Part shown: positions 1 to 10,760 of the stretch, one piece after another
Layout: every line of letters starts with the position of its first letter
Position numbering within the stretch: position 1 is the stretch's first letter
Source of the DNA: the human T2T-CHM13v2.0 reference genome, Homo sapiens
DNA: 64,000 nucleotides
Assembly (NCBI RefSeq): GCF_009914755.1
Contig: NC_060939.1
Direction: 5' to 3' (one strand)
The notes under the pieces: generated by a model
The model's database searches: none
Told to the model about the DNA's origin: nothing
Seen by the model: only the letters and a program-made list of their open reading frames with translations
Made by a program: the position numbers and the translations under genes

Positions 1-170
1 CACTTTGCTCAGATGCACACCCTCTTTTCCTTCAATTCCTGAAGCTGAAAGATGGAAACCCAGCTCTCCCTCCATGTCCAGTATCCCACCTCCACACAAG
101 AGACCACATTGAAATATTTAAACGCGACATTTCCAAGGTTTTGCACAGAGCCCAAGGGGAAGGATCTTAG

Positions 171-1318
171 CGTGTCTAGAAGTAGTGTGGTACTTGCTCT
201 CACTGACTTTTAAGAATGAAGCCATGGCCCCTCACGGTGAGTGTTACAGTTTTTAAAGTTTCATGTCCCCAGTTCATTCTTTCAGATGCTCAGGTGTGTC
301 CAGAGTTTTCTCCTTCTGGTGAGTTCCTGCTGTTGCTGACTTCAAGAGTGAAGCTGCAGACCTTGGCAGTGAGTGTTATAGCTCTTAAAGGTGTTATAGC
401 TCTTAAAGGTGGCAGATCTGGTGTTCCTCCTTCCACTGGGTCAGTGACCTTGCTGACCTCAAAAATAAAATCGCAGACCTTTGTGAAGTTACAGCTCATA
501 AAAGAGCCGTGGAACCACACAGCAACCAGCAGAAAAGCGAAAGAATAACACCTCTACAGCGGTGAATAAAACGGGAATGGTGGCTGCTATCGGTACGGGC
601 GGCCTGCTTTTATTCCTTTATTTGGCCCCACCCACATCCTGCTGATTGGTCATTTTACAGAGAGCTGATTGGTCCATTTTACAGAGAGTTGATTGGTCCT
701 TTTTACAGAGAGCTGATTGGTCCGTTTTGACAGAGTGTTGATTGGCATGTTTACAAACCTTTAGCTAGATTCACAGTGCTGATTGGTGCATTTACAATCT
801 TTTAGCTAGCCAGAAAAGTTTTCCAAGTCCCCACCCATCCCAGAAGCCAGGCTTCATCTCTCACTGGTACTCGCTGCCCAACGTTGCCGTACCTAGCCTG
901 GGCACTCCAGCAGCCCAGAGGAAGCAGAGGAAAAGAGAGGAAGCAACAAAGAGAGGGAAACCCGCTATCGTAGCCAATGACCCCTCCAAGAGGGAAAGGC
1001 AGTCCACACAGAGGACCCTGCCTCTGATGAAGCCCAGCAGCAGCCAGTGGCACGGAGTGCGGGGCCCAGTGAGCCGGGACCCACCACGCCGGGACCCACC
1101 CTGAACCTGCGCTGGCCAGCCAGCGCTGCCCGGATCTCCTGCCCTTCCCTCGCCCTCCACACCTCCCCGCCAGCAGAGGGAGCCCACTCGGGCCTCCGCC
1201 AGCCCCAGAGAGGGGCCCCCAAAGCGCAGCTGTGGGCTGAAGGGCTCCTCCAGCGTGGCCAGGAGGCCGAGCAGACGCCCAGAGCAAGCGAGGACTGTTA
1301 GCAGGTTGTCATCTCTCA
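171..1318 (-). mobile_element. Solo LTR12-family LTR (ERV9)
   Basis: Reverse complement begins TGAGAGATGACAACCTGCTAACAGTCCTC (LTR12 5' end). Six CCAAT repeats at 644-786, AATAAAAG TATA-like element near 607-614, U5 repeats at 171-540. Confidence 0.93.
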
Positions 1319-1670
1319 AGAGCTAAGAACAAAAATGAGATACCTGTGTGGGCTGGCCTCTCTTGTGGGAGCTTTCCCAAGCCAGGCTAGAGTCTCTGGG
1401 ATGTGGATCCATGTGGAGGGAGAAGAACTTTTACCCCTTCTCATCTGAGAGGACCTTCCTTCTGAGTTTTTTTTTTTTTCCTGAGGGTGTTTATTTCTCA
1501 AGACCATGGACCCCATTCAGTCCTCATTGCGCTGTGGTGGTCTGTGTCCCACGCCTTCCGAGCGGCCTCAGATGCCAGAATGTGAAGTCAACACAACCAG
1601 AGCAGTTGTCCTGGGAGAGTTAAGGGTCTGCTCTCAATCACGGTGGGGCAGGATGTAAACTTTCAGGCGG

Positions 1671-1769
1671 TTTTTTTTTTTTTTTTTGAGACGGAGTCTT
1701 GCTCTGTCGCCCAGGCTGGAGTGCGGTGGAGCCATCTTGGCTCACTGCAAGCTCCGCCTCCTGGGTTCA
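1671..1769 (-). mobile_element. 5'-truncated AluY fragment
   Basis: polyT followed by gagacggagtcttgctc...gcaagctccgcctcc (AluY-diagnostic). Flanked by actttcag(g/a)cggttttt TSD. Confidence 0.9.
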
Positions 1770-1783
1770 GGACTTTCAGACGG

Positions 1784-1874
1784 TTTTTTTTTTTTTTTTT
1801 TTTTTTTGAGACGGAGTCTCGCTCTGTCGCTCAGCCTGGAGTGCAGTGGTGCGATCTCGGCTCACTGCAAGCTC
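1784..1874 (-). mobile_element. Second 5'-truncated AluY fragment, in tandem
   Basis: polyT followed by gagacggagtctcgctc...gcaagctc, then a third copy of tttcaggcggttttt. Confidence 0.9.
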
Positions 1875-4800
1875 GGTTTCAGGCGGTTTTTATAGGCAAA
1901 CTCCTGTGTTTGCTTTTTCTTCCCTTTCTTTGCTGTTCCTAAGCGGGTTCCTCAACTTGGGAGAGGATGTGAAGGTTGGGGAGGGGGTGTAGTTTGCTGT
2001 TTGGGAATGATTCTGCTATATGGGCCTTTCAGCTCATGTCAGGTGGAGAGAAAGCCAGCTCTGAAATTTCCAGGCAGGAGCTACAGGCTTCTGCACAGGT
2101 GAGGGGAGATGCTGGTCGGTCCCAGGAGCAGCTGTGGCCTGCAGTTTCTATATCCCCAAGGTGGTGGGAGGGCCTGAGAGGGAATGGGCCTGAAGGAGCT
2201 GGAGGCCAGGCCCAGGGATCCTGCAGGCTTGTCCCACGTGATGGGACACCTGGCCTGGCATAGCCCTGTGTGAGCAGTGGGCGGAGGGCAGGGCAGTTCT
2301 CAAAATCAGAGACTGAACCTCCTTCCTGTCAGTAGAGATTGGGACGTCTATTCATTTTGTGGAAAATACTTAGAGAAAAATTAAAGGATGGCAGGCTCTG
2401 TCATGAGTGTCCCACCTGTGCTGCTGCACAGAGCTCAGCCCTCAGAGGGTTCCTGCTGTGTTCAATCCTCTCCTGTTGGTGTCTTAAATTTCACAATGAC
2501 TTTCGCAAAGTGTCTCTGCGTTTCCACTTTGCACAGGCCCTGTAGATCCTGCAGCCGGGTCTGCTGGCTTGCTATTTCTTGCATAGTTGAGTCTGGTTTC
2601 AGGCAACGCTTGGCACCTGGCAACTATGTATTGACCACGACTGTGGCTCCTGCACAGGCCCTTTGCTGACAGTCTCTTTGGCCTTCCCACTCTGCGGGGA
2701 AACTGAGGCTGAGAGTGGGGAAGGCTTGACCAGTGAGGCCCACTCCTCCATGGTGACCCGAAAGCTCGTTCTCTCCTTGCAGAGCTGAGCCTGAGCATCC
2801 TCACATTTGCCTGCATTTGTTCCAGGGCCTTTCCCTGGGAGTTTCCAAGCTCCAGGTGGGCAGGAGGCCATGGGCGGGGCCTTTCTGCACAAACGTCTTT
2901 TCTTTTTAGTGTCTGCCCTTAAAGGGAGGCGGCTAACAATCTCCGCTCCTCACCTCCTCACCAGATCCCCGGCTCCATGCTGTCGCTTCCTGGGAGAGGC
3001 TCAGGCCAGGACACAGAACCCACACCCCACGGCCCGGACCGCGCAGAGCGTCCCCTCCACATAGGAGCGCCCCTTCTAGGAGGGCTGCCGCCCTCCTGCC
3101 CAAGCCCTCCAAGACAGGAAGGAAGCAGAACCTACAGAGGATCAGACAACAGGCTCAGGACAGGAAGTGCCGGGTCGGATGCTTCCTCCAGCCCGTGTAT
3201 CCTGAGACCAGTGCCATGTGGGGCCGCCAGAGTCCTGCCTGGTGCCCAGCACTCCTCTTCCTGGAAACGCATCCCTGTTTAGCGTAGCAAAAATGGGGAG
3301 CTAGTAAACCTCGTGTCATGGGCTATGAATGGAGACATAAAACACTGAAAATTCTACTACTGCGAAAGTGAAACAGTCTTGCTCCAAATATGGCCTTGAC
3401 TAAATTAATTATTAAAATATAAAGGGAAACAACTTCCTTTCACATACTTGGTTGAGAAAGCAACTAAAAAATTTATTTCTTCTCCCATGAGAAACACTAC
3501 CTTTTAAGATAAAATTTATTTTCTGTATATTTGCATTAAGAGAAAATATGAAAATATTTAATTGACATTTTTTATTAAAAGACTATCAGCATTGAAAGAC
3601 AAATTTCACAGGAAAAGCATTGAATCATTAAGTTTTGTAGTCACAAAGGTAAGTATAATTTGCTTAATGCTGCCCTCAGTTTACAATGGGTCTTTAGTAT
3701 TTTCTAAGCTATAATGTGAGTTTGCCAAAATATAGCATTGGTTTGCTACATAGAATTTGCTCAGTGATAAAACACAAAGGAGTTACTTATGTTAAAATGT
3801 AAATAATAAATTTATGCAAAATTTCTGAAAGTATACATTGTAAAGACAATAAATCTTTCCATTAAATTAGTGGGAAAGGAGCTCAAAACCCAGCCGGGTG
3901 ATTCATTATTTTAATGACTTCCTGCTTTATTGCAAAACCTCTCTGTTCATTCGGTGTTGGCAGTTTGAGCCCCTGTTAAGGATTTAGGCTCACAATGGAG
4001 CTTCTATAAATTTCCAGATCTCTGTCATGCTGGCATGTAGGTCATTCTCCTTTTGGAATGATGAGGAGGCTGGAAAGCGGTTGCTCCAAGGGAAGGGGGA
4101 ATTTTTCAAACCCGAGCTGTCCAAGCTCAGCATGAATTGGAGTGGGCTGCTGACTCAGGGGCTAACAGAGGCAGCCAGGAAACATGCAAATGTGCAATCC
4201 CTTCTGCCAGGTCTGTCCCAGCAGGTGTCACTAAAAGGCAGCCCTGTGTGCTTCTGTCACTGTGGCAGCCTTGACAAGGAAGGTGGAAGGGAAAAGAGAC
4301 CCAGTGCTGAACTCCAAGCAGAGATGGGGCTTTTCTCTCTGCATTTTTCCCCTCCCCTCCCAGCCTGCATTTCCAATAACATATTGATTTACATTTGTAT
4401 TATGAAACAAAAATGGTTGTAAGCAGCTGTTCTTTCCTTTTACACACAATGCTAGCTCCTATTTACATTCCTAACTGAACAATGTCTAAAGAGGTACTTA
4501 AACTGACATGAATCACAGATGATCTTATGACCAAATGCTTAGTGCAAAAAAACACTTCAAATTGCAAGAGGAGTCCCTCTAAATATAGAAAGGACCAGTA
4601 TTTTAAGAGATATGTTAACTAAAATGTGGCGATGTAAGGAGTAGAGCAGGAAGAACCTTTAGGTCCAAAACTTACAAGTCAATTTCATAGTTTCCATGGT
4701 CCTCCCTCTGGCATCTGTTTTCTGTACAATGGAGGTAACAATAGTAGCTATTCCAGAGCAGGAAAAGGCTTAGAGCAGTGCTAGAATACTGTCGTGGCTA

Positions 4801-5012
4801 TATAAAGTTTAGCCATTTGTGTATCATAACAAATCTACAGTGTATTTTTTTATTGGTAGTCAATAATAGATTTCTTTTGGAGAAGTAGCAGCCTCCTGTC
4901 TGGGGACACCTGCAGTTCCCACTAAGTGAACACTGGTGTCTGCTAACTTTTGCCCCTATTTCTGTCAATAATTACTGTCAAGCTGTTCCTTGATTTAGCA
5001 ATTTTATTTACT

Positions 5013-5640
5013 TTCTTTTTTTTTCTTTCCCTTTTCCTGAGACAGAGTCCCGCTCTGTCGCCCAGTATGGAGTGCAGCAGCGCCATCACAGCTCACTGCC
5101 ACCTTGACCCCCGGGCCCTCGGGCTCAAGCAATCCTCCTACATCAGCCTTCAGAGTATCTGGGATACCCGTGCGGCCCACTATGCCTGGTTAATCTTTGT
5201 GGTTTTCGTTTTGTTTTTCCATTCCGGGTCTTGACTGGGAGTGTTGGCTCACGCCTGCAATCCCAGCACTTTGGGAGGCTGAGGCAGGCGGAGCACGGAG
5301 ACCAGCCCAACCAGTATAGAGAAACCCCATCTCCACCAAAAAAAATAAAATAAAAATACAAAATTAGCCGGGCATGGTGGCTCACGCCTGGAATCCCAGC
5401 CACTTGGGAGGCTGAGGCACGAGGATCACTTAAACCCGGGAGGCAGAGGTTGTGGCGAGCTGAGATCGTGCCACTGCAACAAGAGATCCAGCCTGGGCGA
5501 CAACAGTGAAACTCTGTCTCAAAAATAAATAAATAAATGAAAAGAAACAGACCAGGTTTCACCAAGTTGCCCAGGCCAGTCTGAAACTCCCAAGCTCAAG
5601 CGATCCGCCATTCTCGGCTGTCCAAAGTCCTGGGATTACA
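5013..5640 (-). mobile_element. AluJ split by an oppositely oriented Alu
   Basis: Right arm at 5013-5225 and left arm at 5549-5640, both on the minus strand. Confidence 0.8.
5235..5545 (+). mobile_element. AluS-type element nested in AluJ
   Basis: ggctcacgcctgcaatcccagcactttgggagg...actctgtctc followed by an (AAAT)n tail. Confidence 0.88.
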
Positions 5641-5641
5641 C

Positions 5642-6058
5642 TGTGAAGGTTAATTTTATATGCCAACTTGACTAGGCCACAGGGTGCTCAGATTAAACAT
5701 AGTTTCTGGGTGTGTTTGTGAGTGTTTCCAGATGACATTAGCTTTTGAGTCAGTGAATTCAGTAACATAGATGGCCCCATGGAGATGGGCATCATCCAAC
5801 TTGGTGAGGGCTTGAGTAGAACAAAAGGAGGAAGGGGGAATTTGCCCCCTTTCTTTCTACCTCTTTGGGTGTGCTGGGACATCCCATCTTATCTTCTCCT
5901 CCCCTGGGACTGGGATGTACACCATCAGCTCTCCTGGTTCTCAGGCCTTCTGACTTGGACAGAATTAAATCACCAGTTTTCCTGAGTCTTCCAGCTTCCA
6001 GATGGCAGCTTCTTTGCCTTCATAATCATGTAAGCCAGGACCCCATAATAAATCTCTT
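5642..6058 (+). mobile_element. MLT2-family LTR (ERVL), 3' part missing
   Basis: tgtgaaggttaattttatatgccaacttgactaggccacagggtg matches the MLT2 5' end. Confidence 0.82.
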
Positions 6059-6061
6059 TTT

Positions 6062-6228
6062 AAGAAAATGTGGCACATATACACAATGGAATACTATACA
6101 GCCATAAAAAGGAACTAAATGATGTCCTTTTCAGCAACATGGATGCAGTTGGAGGTCATGATCCTAAGCAAACTAACACAGAGACAGAAAACCAAATACT
6201 GCATGTTCTCACTTATAAGTGGGAGCTA
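6062..6228 (+). mobile_element. L1 ORF2-end/3'UTR fragment
   Basis: aaaatgtggcacatatacacaatggaatacta...tgcatgttctcacttataagtgggagcta. Confidence 0.85.
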
Positions 6229-6235
6229 ATAATTA

Positions 6236-6683
6236 AGTCCTAATTCCTAGAACCTGTAGATATTACCTCATTTGGAAAAAGCATATTTTCAGGTATGATT
6301 AAGTTAAGGATCTTGAGGAGAGATTATCCTGGATTGTCTCCGTGGGCATTAAATCCTGGCACATATATCCTTATAAGAGGGAGATAAAGGAGATTTAACT
6401 TCAGACAGAAGAGGAGGAGGCCCTGTGACCACGGAGGCAGAGCCTGGAGTGGTGGAGCTGCAAGCCAATGAATGCCAGCAGCCATCAGAAGCTGAGGAAG
6501 TCAGAGGATGGATTTTCCCCTCAGCCTCTGAGAGCATTGGCTCTGCTGATACTTAGATTTCAGGCCAGTGATACTAATTTTGGACTTCTGGAATCCAAAC
6601 CTGTGAGAAAATATAAATTTCTGTTGTTTTGAGTCATGAAATTTTTGGTAATTTGCTATAACAGCCACAGGAAACTAATATAC
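6236..6683 (+). mobile_element. MLT1 (MLT1C/D-like) MaLR LTR
   Basis: gattaagttaaggatcttgagg...taaatttctgttgttttgag...ggaaactaatataca. Confidence 0.82.
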
Positions 6684-6733
6684 ATGTTTACCTGGGTCCA
6701 GTGTGTCCTGTGACTCCTGCTTTCCTGGGACAG

Positions 6734-6826
6734 GCAGGCTGCGCCATGCCTGCTGGCCACCCTCCTTGGTGCTGGACGCTGCAGGCTGCTCCATGCGTGT
6801 TGGCCATTTCCTTTGGTGCTGGACAG
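6734..6826. repeat. Two-copy imperfect 47-bp tandem repeat
   Basis: gcaggctgc(g/t)ccatgc...ttggtgctggac starts at both 6734 and 6781. Confidence 0.8.
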
Positions 6827-7613
6827 CACTCACATGAAATCCACTGGCCCTGTGAAAAACACCTGCAAATGTTACCAGGACAGGGGTTAATTCTTCTGTT
6901 GGCAACTCTTGGTATTGCTTATGCCTTAACATCTGTGCCTCCAATATCCCTTCTCTCTGCCTTCATTGAAGCCAGGAAAGCAGTCACCTTTTGCCTTTCT
7001 TTGCCTCTCAGCAAGTGGCATGTCTCCATGTCACTTTAAGCATCAAGCACACAGAGCCCAATAAGATGCTGAGAAGTATCTGCCTACAAGGCGCTGGAGA
7101 CATTCTGAGCCCGGTATCTCCAGGGGTCAGGAAAACAGCTACAGGAAACCTAAAGTTCAAAATGCTGAAGTGAAAAATGGGTGATCACAAAAGGGAAACA
7201 CAAGCCCCTTCTTTTAAAAATATTATGGTGATAATGCACAACATAAAATTTACCATATTAACCATTTGTAAGTATACAGTGCAGTAGTGATAAGTATATA
7301 CATTTGTTGAGTAATGAGTTTCTAGAACTTGCTCCTCTTGGAGAACTGAAACTATATCCACTCTACAACAACTCCCCATTTCTCTATCCCCTGGCTTCTG
7401 GAAACAACCATTTTATTTTCTGTTTCTATGAGTTTGACTAATTACGAACCTAATGTAAGAGAAATCATACACTATTTGTCTTTGTGTGACTGGCTCATTT
7501 CAACTAGTACTAGTGTAATGTTTTCAAGGTTCATCTATGTTGTAGCATGTGACAAGGCCTCTTTCTTTTTTAAGGCTAATAATATTATAGTATTCCATTG
7601 CATGGATAGACCA

Positions 7614-7928
7614 CATTGATTGATTGATTGATTGATTGAGACAATCTCACTCTGTTGCCCAGGCTGGAGTGCAGTGGCAAGATCGTGGCTCACTGCAGTC
7701 TGAATCTCCAATTCTCAAGCTATCCTGCTGCCTCAGCCTTCTGAGTAGCTGGGACTACAGGCACATGATACCATGCCTGGCTAATTAAAAACATTTTTTG
7801 TGTGTGTGTGGAGATGGGGTCTCACTATTTTGCCCAGGCTTGTCTTGAGCTCTTGGGCTCTAGCTATTCTCCTGCCTTGGCCTTCCAAAGTTCTGGAATT
7901 ACAGATATGAAGCACTGCATCTGGCCCA
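7614..7928 (-). mobile_element. AluJ with (ATTG)n tail
   Basis: Antisense Alu dimer. Confidence 0.88.
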
Positions 7929-8679
7929 CATTTTCTTTATTGTTTCATCCACTTATGGACACTGGATTGCTTCTCCCTCTTAGCTACTGTGAATAATGTT
8001 GCAATTAACATGCGTGTGCAAGTATTTCTTTGAGATCTTGTTTTCAATCCTTTCGGATGTATACCCAGAAATGAGATTGCTGGATCATGTGGTATTTCTA
8101 GTTACAATTTTTTGAGGAACCTCCATACTGCTCGTTATAGCAGCTATACCATTTTACATTCCACCAACAGCACACAGGGATTTCAATTTCTCCATCCTAG
8201 ATAGTGCTTGTTGTTTTCTGTTATTTTAATAGTGGCCATCTTAATGGGTATAAGGTGACAGCTCATTGTGGTTTTAATTTACATTTTTCTAATGATTAGT
8301 GATGTTGAGCATCTTTTCATACGCTTGTTGGCCATTTGCATATCTTCTTTGGAGAAATGTCTATTCAAGTTCTTTGCCAATTTTTAATCAGATTATTTGT
8401 TTTTCTGTTGTTGGCTTGTAGTAGTTCTTTCAATATTTTGGATATTAACCCCTTAGATATACAATTTGCAAATATGTTCTTCCACCAGAAGCTGCCTTTT
8501 CACTTTGATTGTTTCCTTTGATGCACAGAAATTTTAAAGTTCAATGTATTCTTATATGCCTATTTTTTCTTTTGTTTTCTGTGCCTTTGGTGTCATATCC
8601 AAGAAATCACTGCCAAATCCACTGTCATGAAGCTTTCCCCTTACTTGATGGTGTCCCATGAGTTCCACTGAATTTCATT

Positions 8680-9970
8680 GCCACCAAGCCTGGCTAATGT
8701 TTTTGATTTTTTAGTAGAGGTGAGGTTTTGCTATGTAGCACAGGCTTGTCTTGAACTCCTAGGCTCAAACAATCCTTCCACCTTGGCCTCCAAAAATGCT
8801 GAGATGACAGGCATGAGCCACCATGCCAGGCCCATCGTTCTACTCCCTATCTCCACGAGTTCAATTATTTTCATTTTTAGCTCCCACAAATAAATGAGAA
8901 CATGTGAAGTTTGTCTTCCTGTGCCTGGCTTATTTCACTTAACATAACGACCTCCAGTTCCATCCATGTTGTTGCAAATGACAGTATCCCATTCTTTTTT
9001 ATGGCTGAATAGTACTGCACATATAACACATTTTCGTTATGCATTTATGTATTGATGGACAGATAATTGCTTTCAAATCTTGGCTGTTGTGAACAGTGCT
9101 GCAACAAACATCGGAGTGCAGATATCTCTTTGATATATTGATTTCCTTTCTTTTGTGTATAAACCTAGCAGTGGGATTACTGGGTCATATGGTAGTTCCA
9201 TTTTTAGTTTTTTCAGGAACCTCCAAACTGCTCTCCACAGTGGCTGTGGTAATTTACATTCCCACCAACAATGTACAAGGGTTCCCTTGTCTCCACATCC
9301 TTGTCAGTATTTGTTTGGATAAAAGCCATTTTAACTGGGGTGACATGGTGTCTTATTGTAGTTTTGATTTGCGTTTCTCTGAGGATCAGTTATGTTGAGC
9401 ACCTTTTCACAAGCCTGTTTGCATTTGTATGTCTCTTTTTAAGAAATATCTATTCACATCTTTTGCCTATTTTTTGTTTGGATTATTAGATTTTTTTCCT
9501 ACAGAGTTGTTTGAGCTTGTTACATAATTCTGGTTATGAATCCCTTTTCAGATGTGTAGTTTGCAAATATTTTCTCCCGTTCTGTGGGTTACCTCTTCAC
9601 TTTGTGGTTTGCTTCCCTTGCTGTGCAGGAGCTTTTCAACTCAACGTGATCCCATTTGTCCATTTTTGATTTGGTTGCCTATGCTCGTGGAGTATTACTC
9701 AGAAAATCTTTCCCCAGACCAATGAGCTGGAGAATTTACCCAATGTTTTCTTTTAGTAGCTTCATAGTTTGAGGTCGTAAGTTTAAGTCTTTAATCCACT
9801 TTGATTTGATTTTTTGTATATGGTGAGAGATAGGGGTCTAGTTTCATTTTCTGCATGTGGCTATCTAGTTTTCCTGGTATAATTTATTGAAGAGAGTCCT
9901 TTCCCCAATGTATGCTCTTAGCATCTTTGTCAAGAATGAGTTCACTGTTGACATATGAAAGTTTGCTGAT
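8680..9970 (-). mobile_element. Alu left monomer (8680-8832) followed by an L1MA-like 3' segment
   Basis: agctcccacaaataaatgagaacatgtgaagtttgtc...ggtgagagataggggtctagtttc. Confidence 0.82.
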
Positions 9971-10041
9971 TCTTTTTTTCTGTTTGATCAAGTTTGTTAT
10001 TGAAACCCTCTAGTGAATTTTCCAATTCAATTATTGTATTC

Positions 10042-10295
10042 TTTTTTTTTTTTTTTTGAGTCTCTCTCTGTCGCCAGGCTGGAGTGCAGTGGCACAATCT
10101 TGGCTCACTGAAACTTCTGCCTTCCGGGTTCAAGTGATTCTCCTGCCTCAGCCTCCTGAGTAGCTGGGACTATAGGCACCCACCACCATGCCTGGCTAAT
10201 TTTTGTATTTTTAGTAGAGACGGGGTTTCATCATGTTGGCCAGGATGGTCTCTGTCTCTTGACCTCGTGATCCACCTGCCTCGGCCTCCCAAAGT
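10042..10295 (-). mobile_element. AluS, 5'-truncated
   Basis: TSD attgtattcttt on both sides. Confidence 0.9.
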
Positions 10296-10485
10296 ATTGT
10301 ATTCTTTAGCTCTAGAATTTCTTTGTTGTTTTTGCAGTTTCTATCTCTTTGTTGATATTCTCATTTTGTTCATGTGTTTTTCTGATTTTATGAAGTTGTC
10401 CATCTATGTTCTCTTTTAGGTCATTGAATACCCTTGAGACAGTTATTTTGAGTTCTTTGGCAAGTAATTAATATATCTCCATATC

Positions 10486-10760
10486 TTTTTTTTTTTTTGA
10501 GACAGAGTCTTGCTCTGTCACCCAGTCTGAGGCTCCCTGCAATGTCCACCTCCCAGATTCACACCATTCTCCTGCCTCAGTCTCCCCAGTAGCTGGAACT
10601 ACGGGCGCCCGCCACCACGCCCAGCTAATTTTTTGTACTTTTAGTAGAAAATGGGTTTCACCGTGTTAGCCAGGATGGTCTCGATCTCCTGACCTTGTGA
10701 TCCGCCTGCCTCGGCCTCCCAAAGTGCTGGGATTACAGGTGTGAACCACTGCGGCTGGCC
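10486..10760 (-). mobile_element. AluY with small internal deletion
   Basis: ccgtgttagccaggatgg diagnostic sequence. TSD atatatctccatatcttt. Confidence 0.9.
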
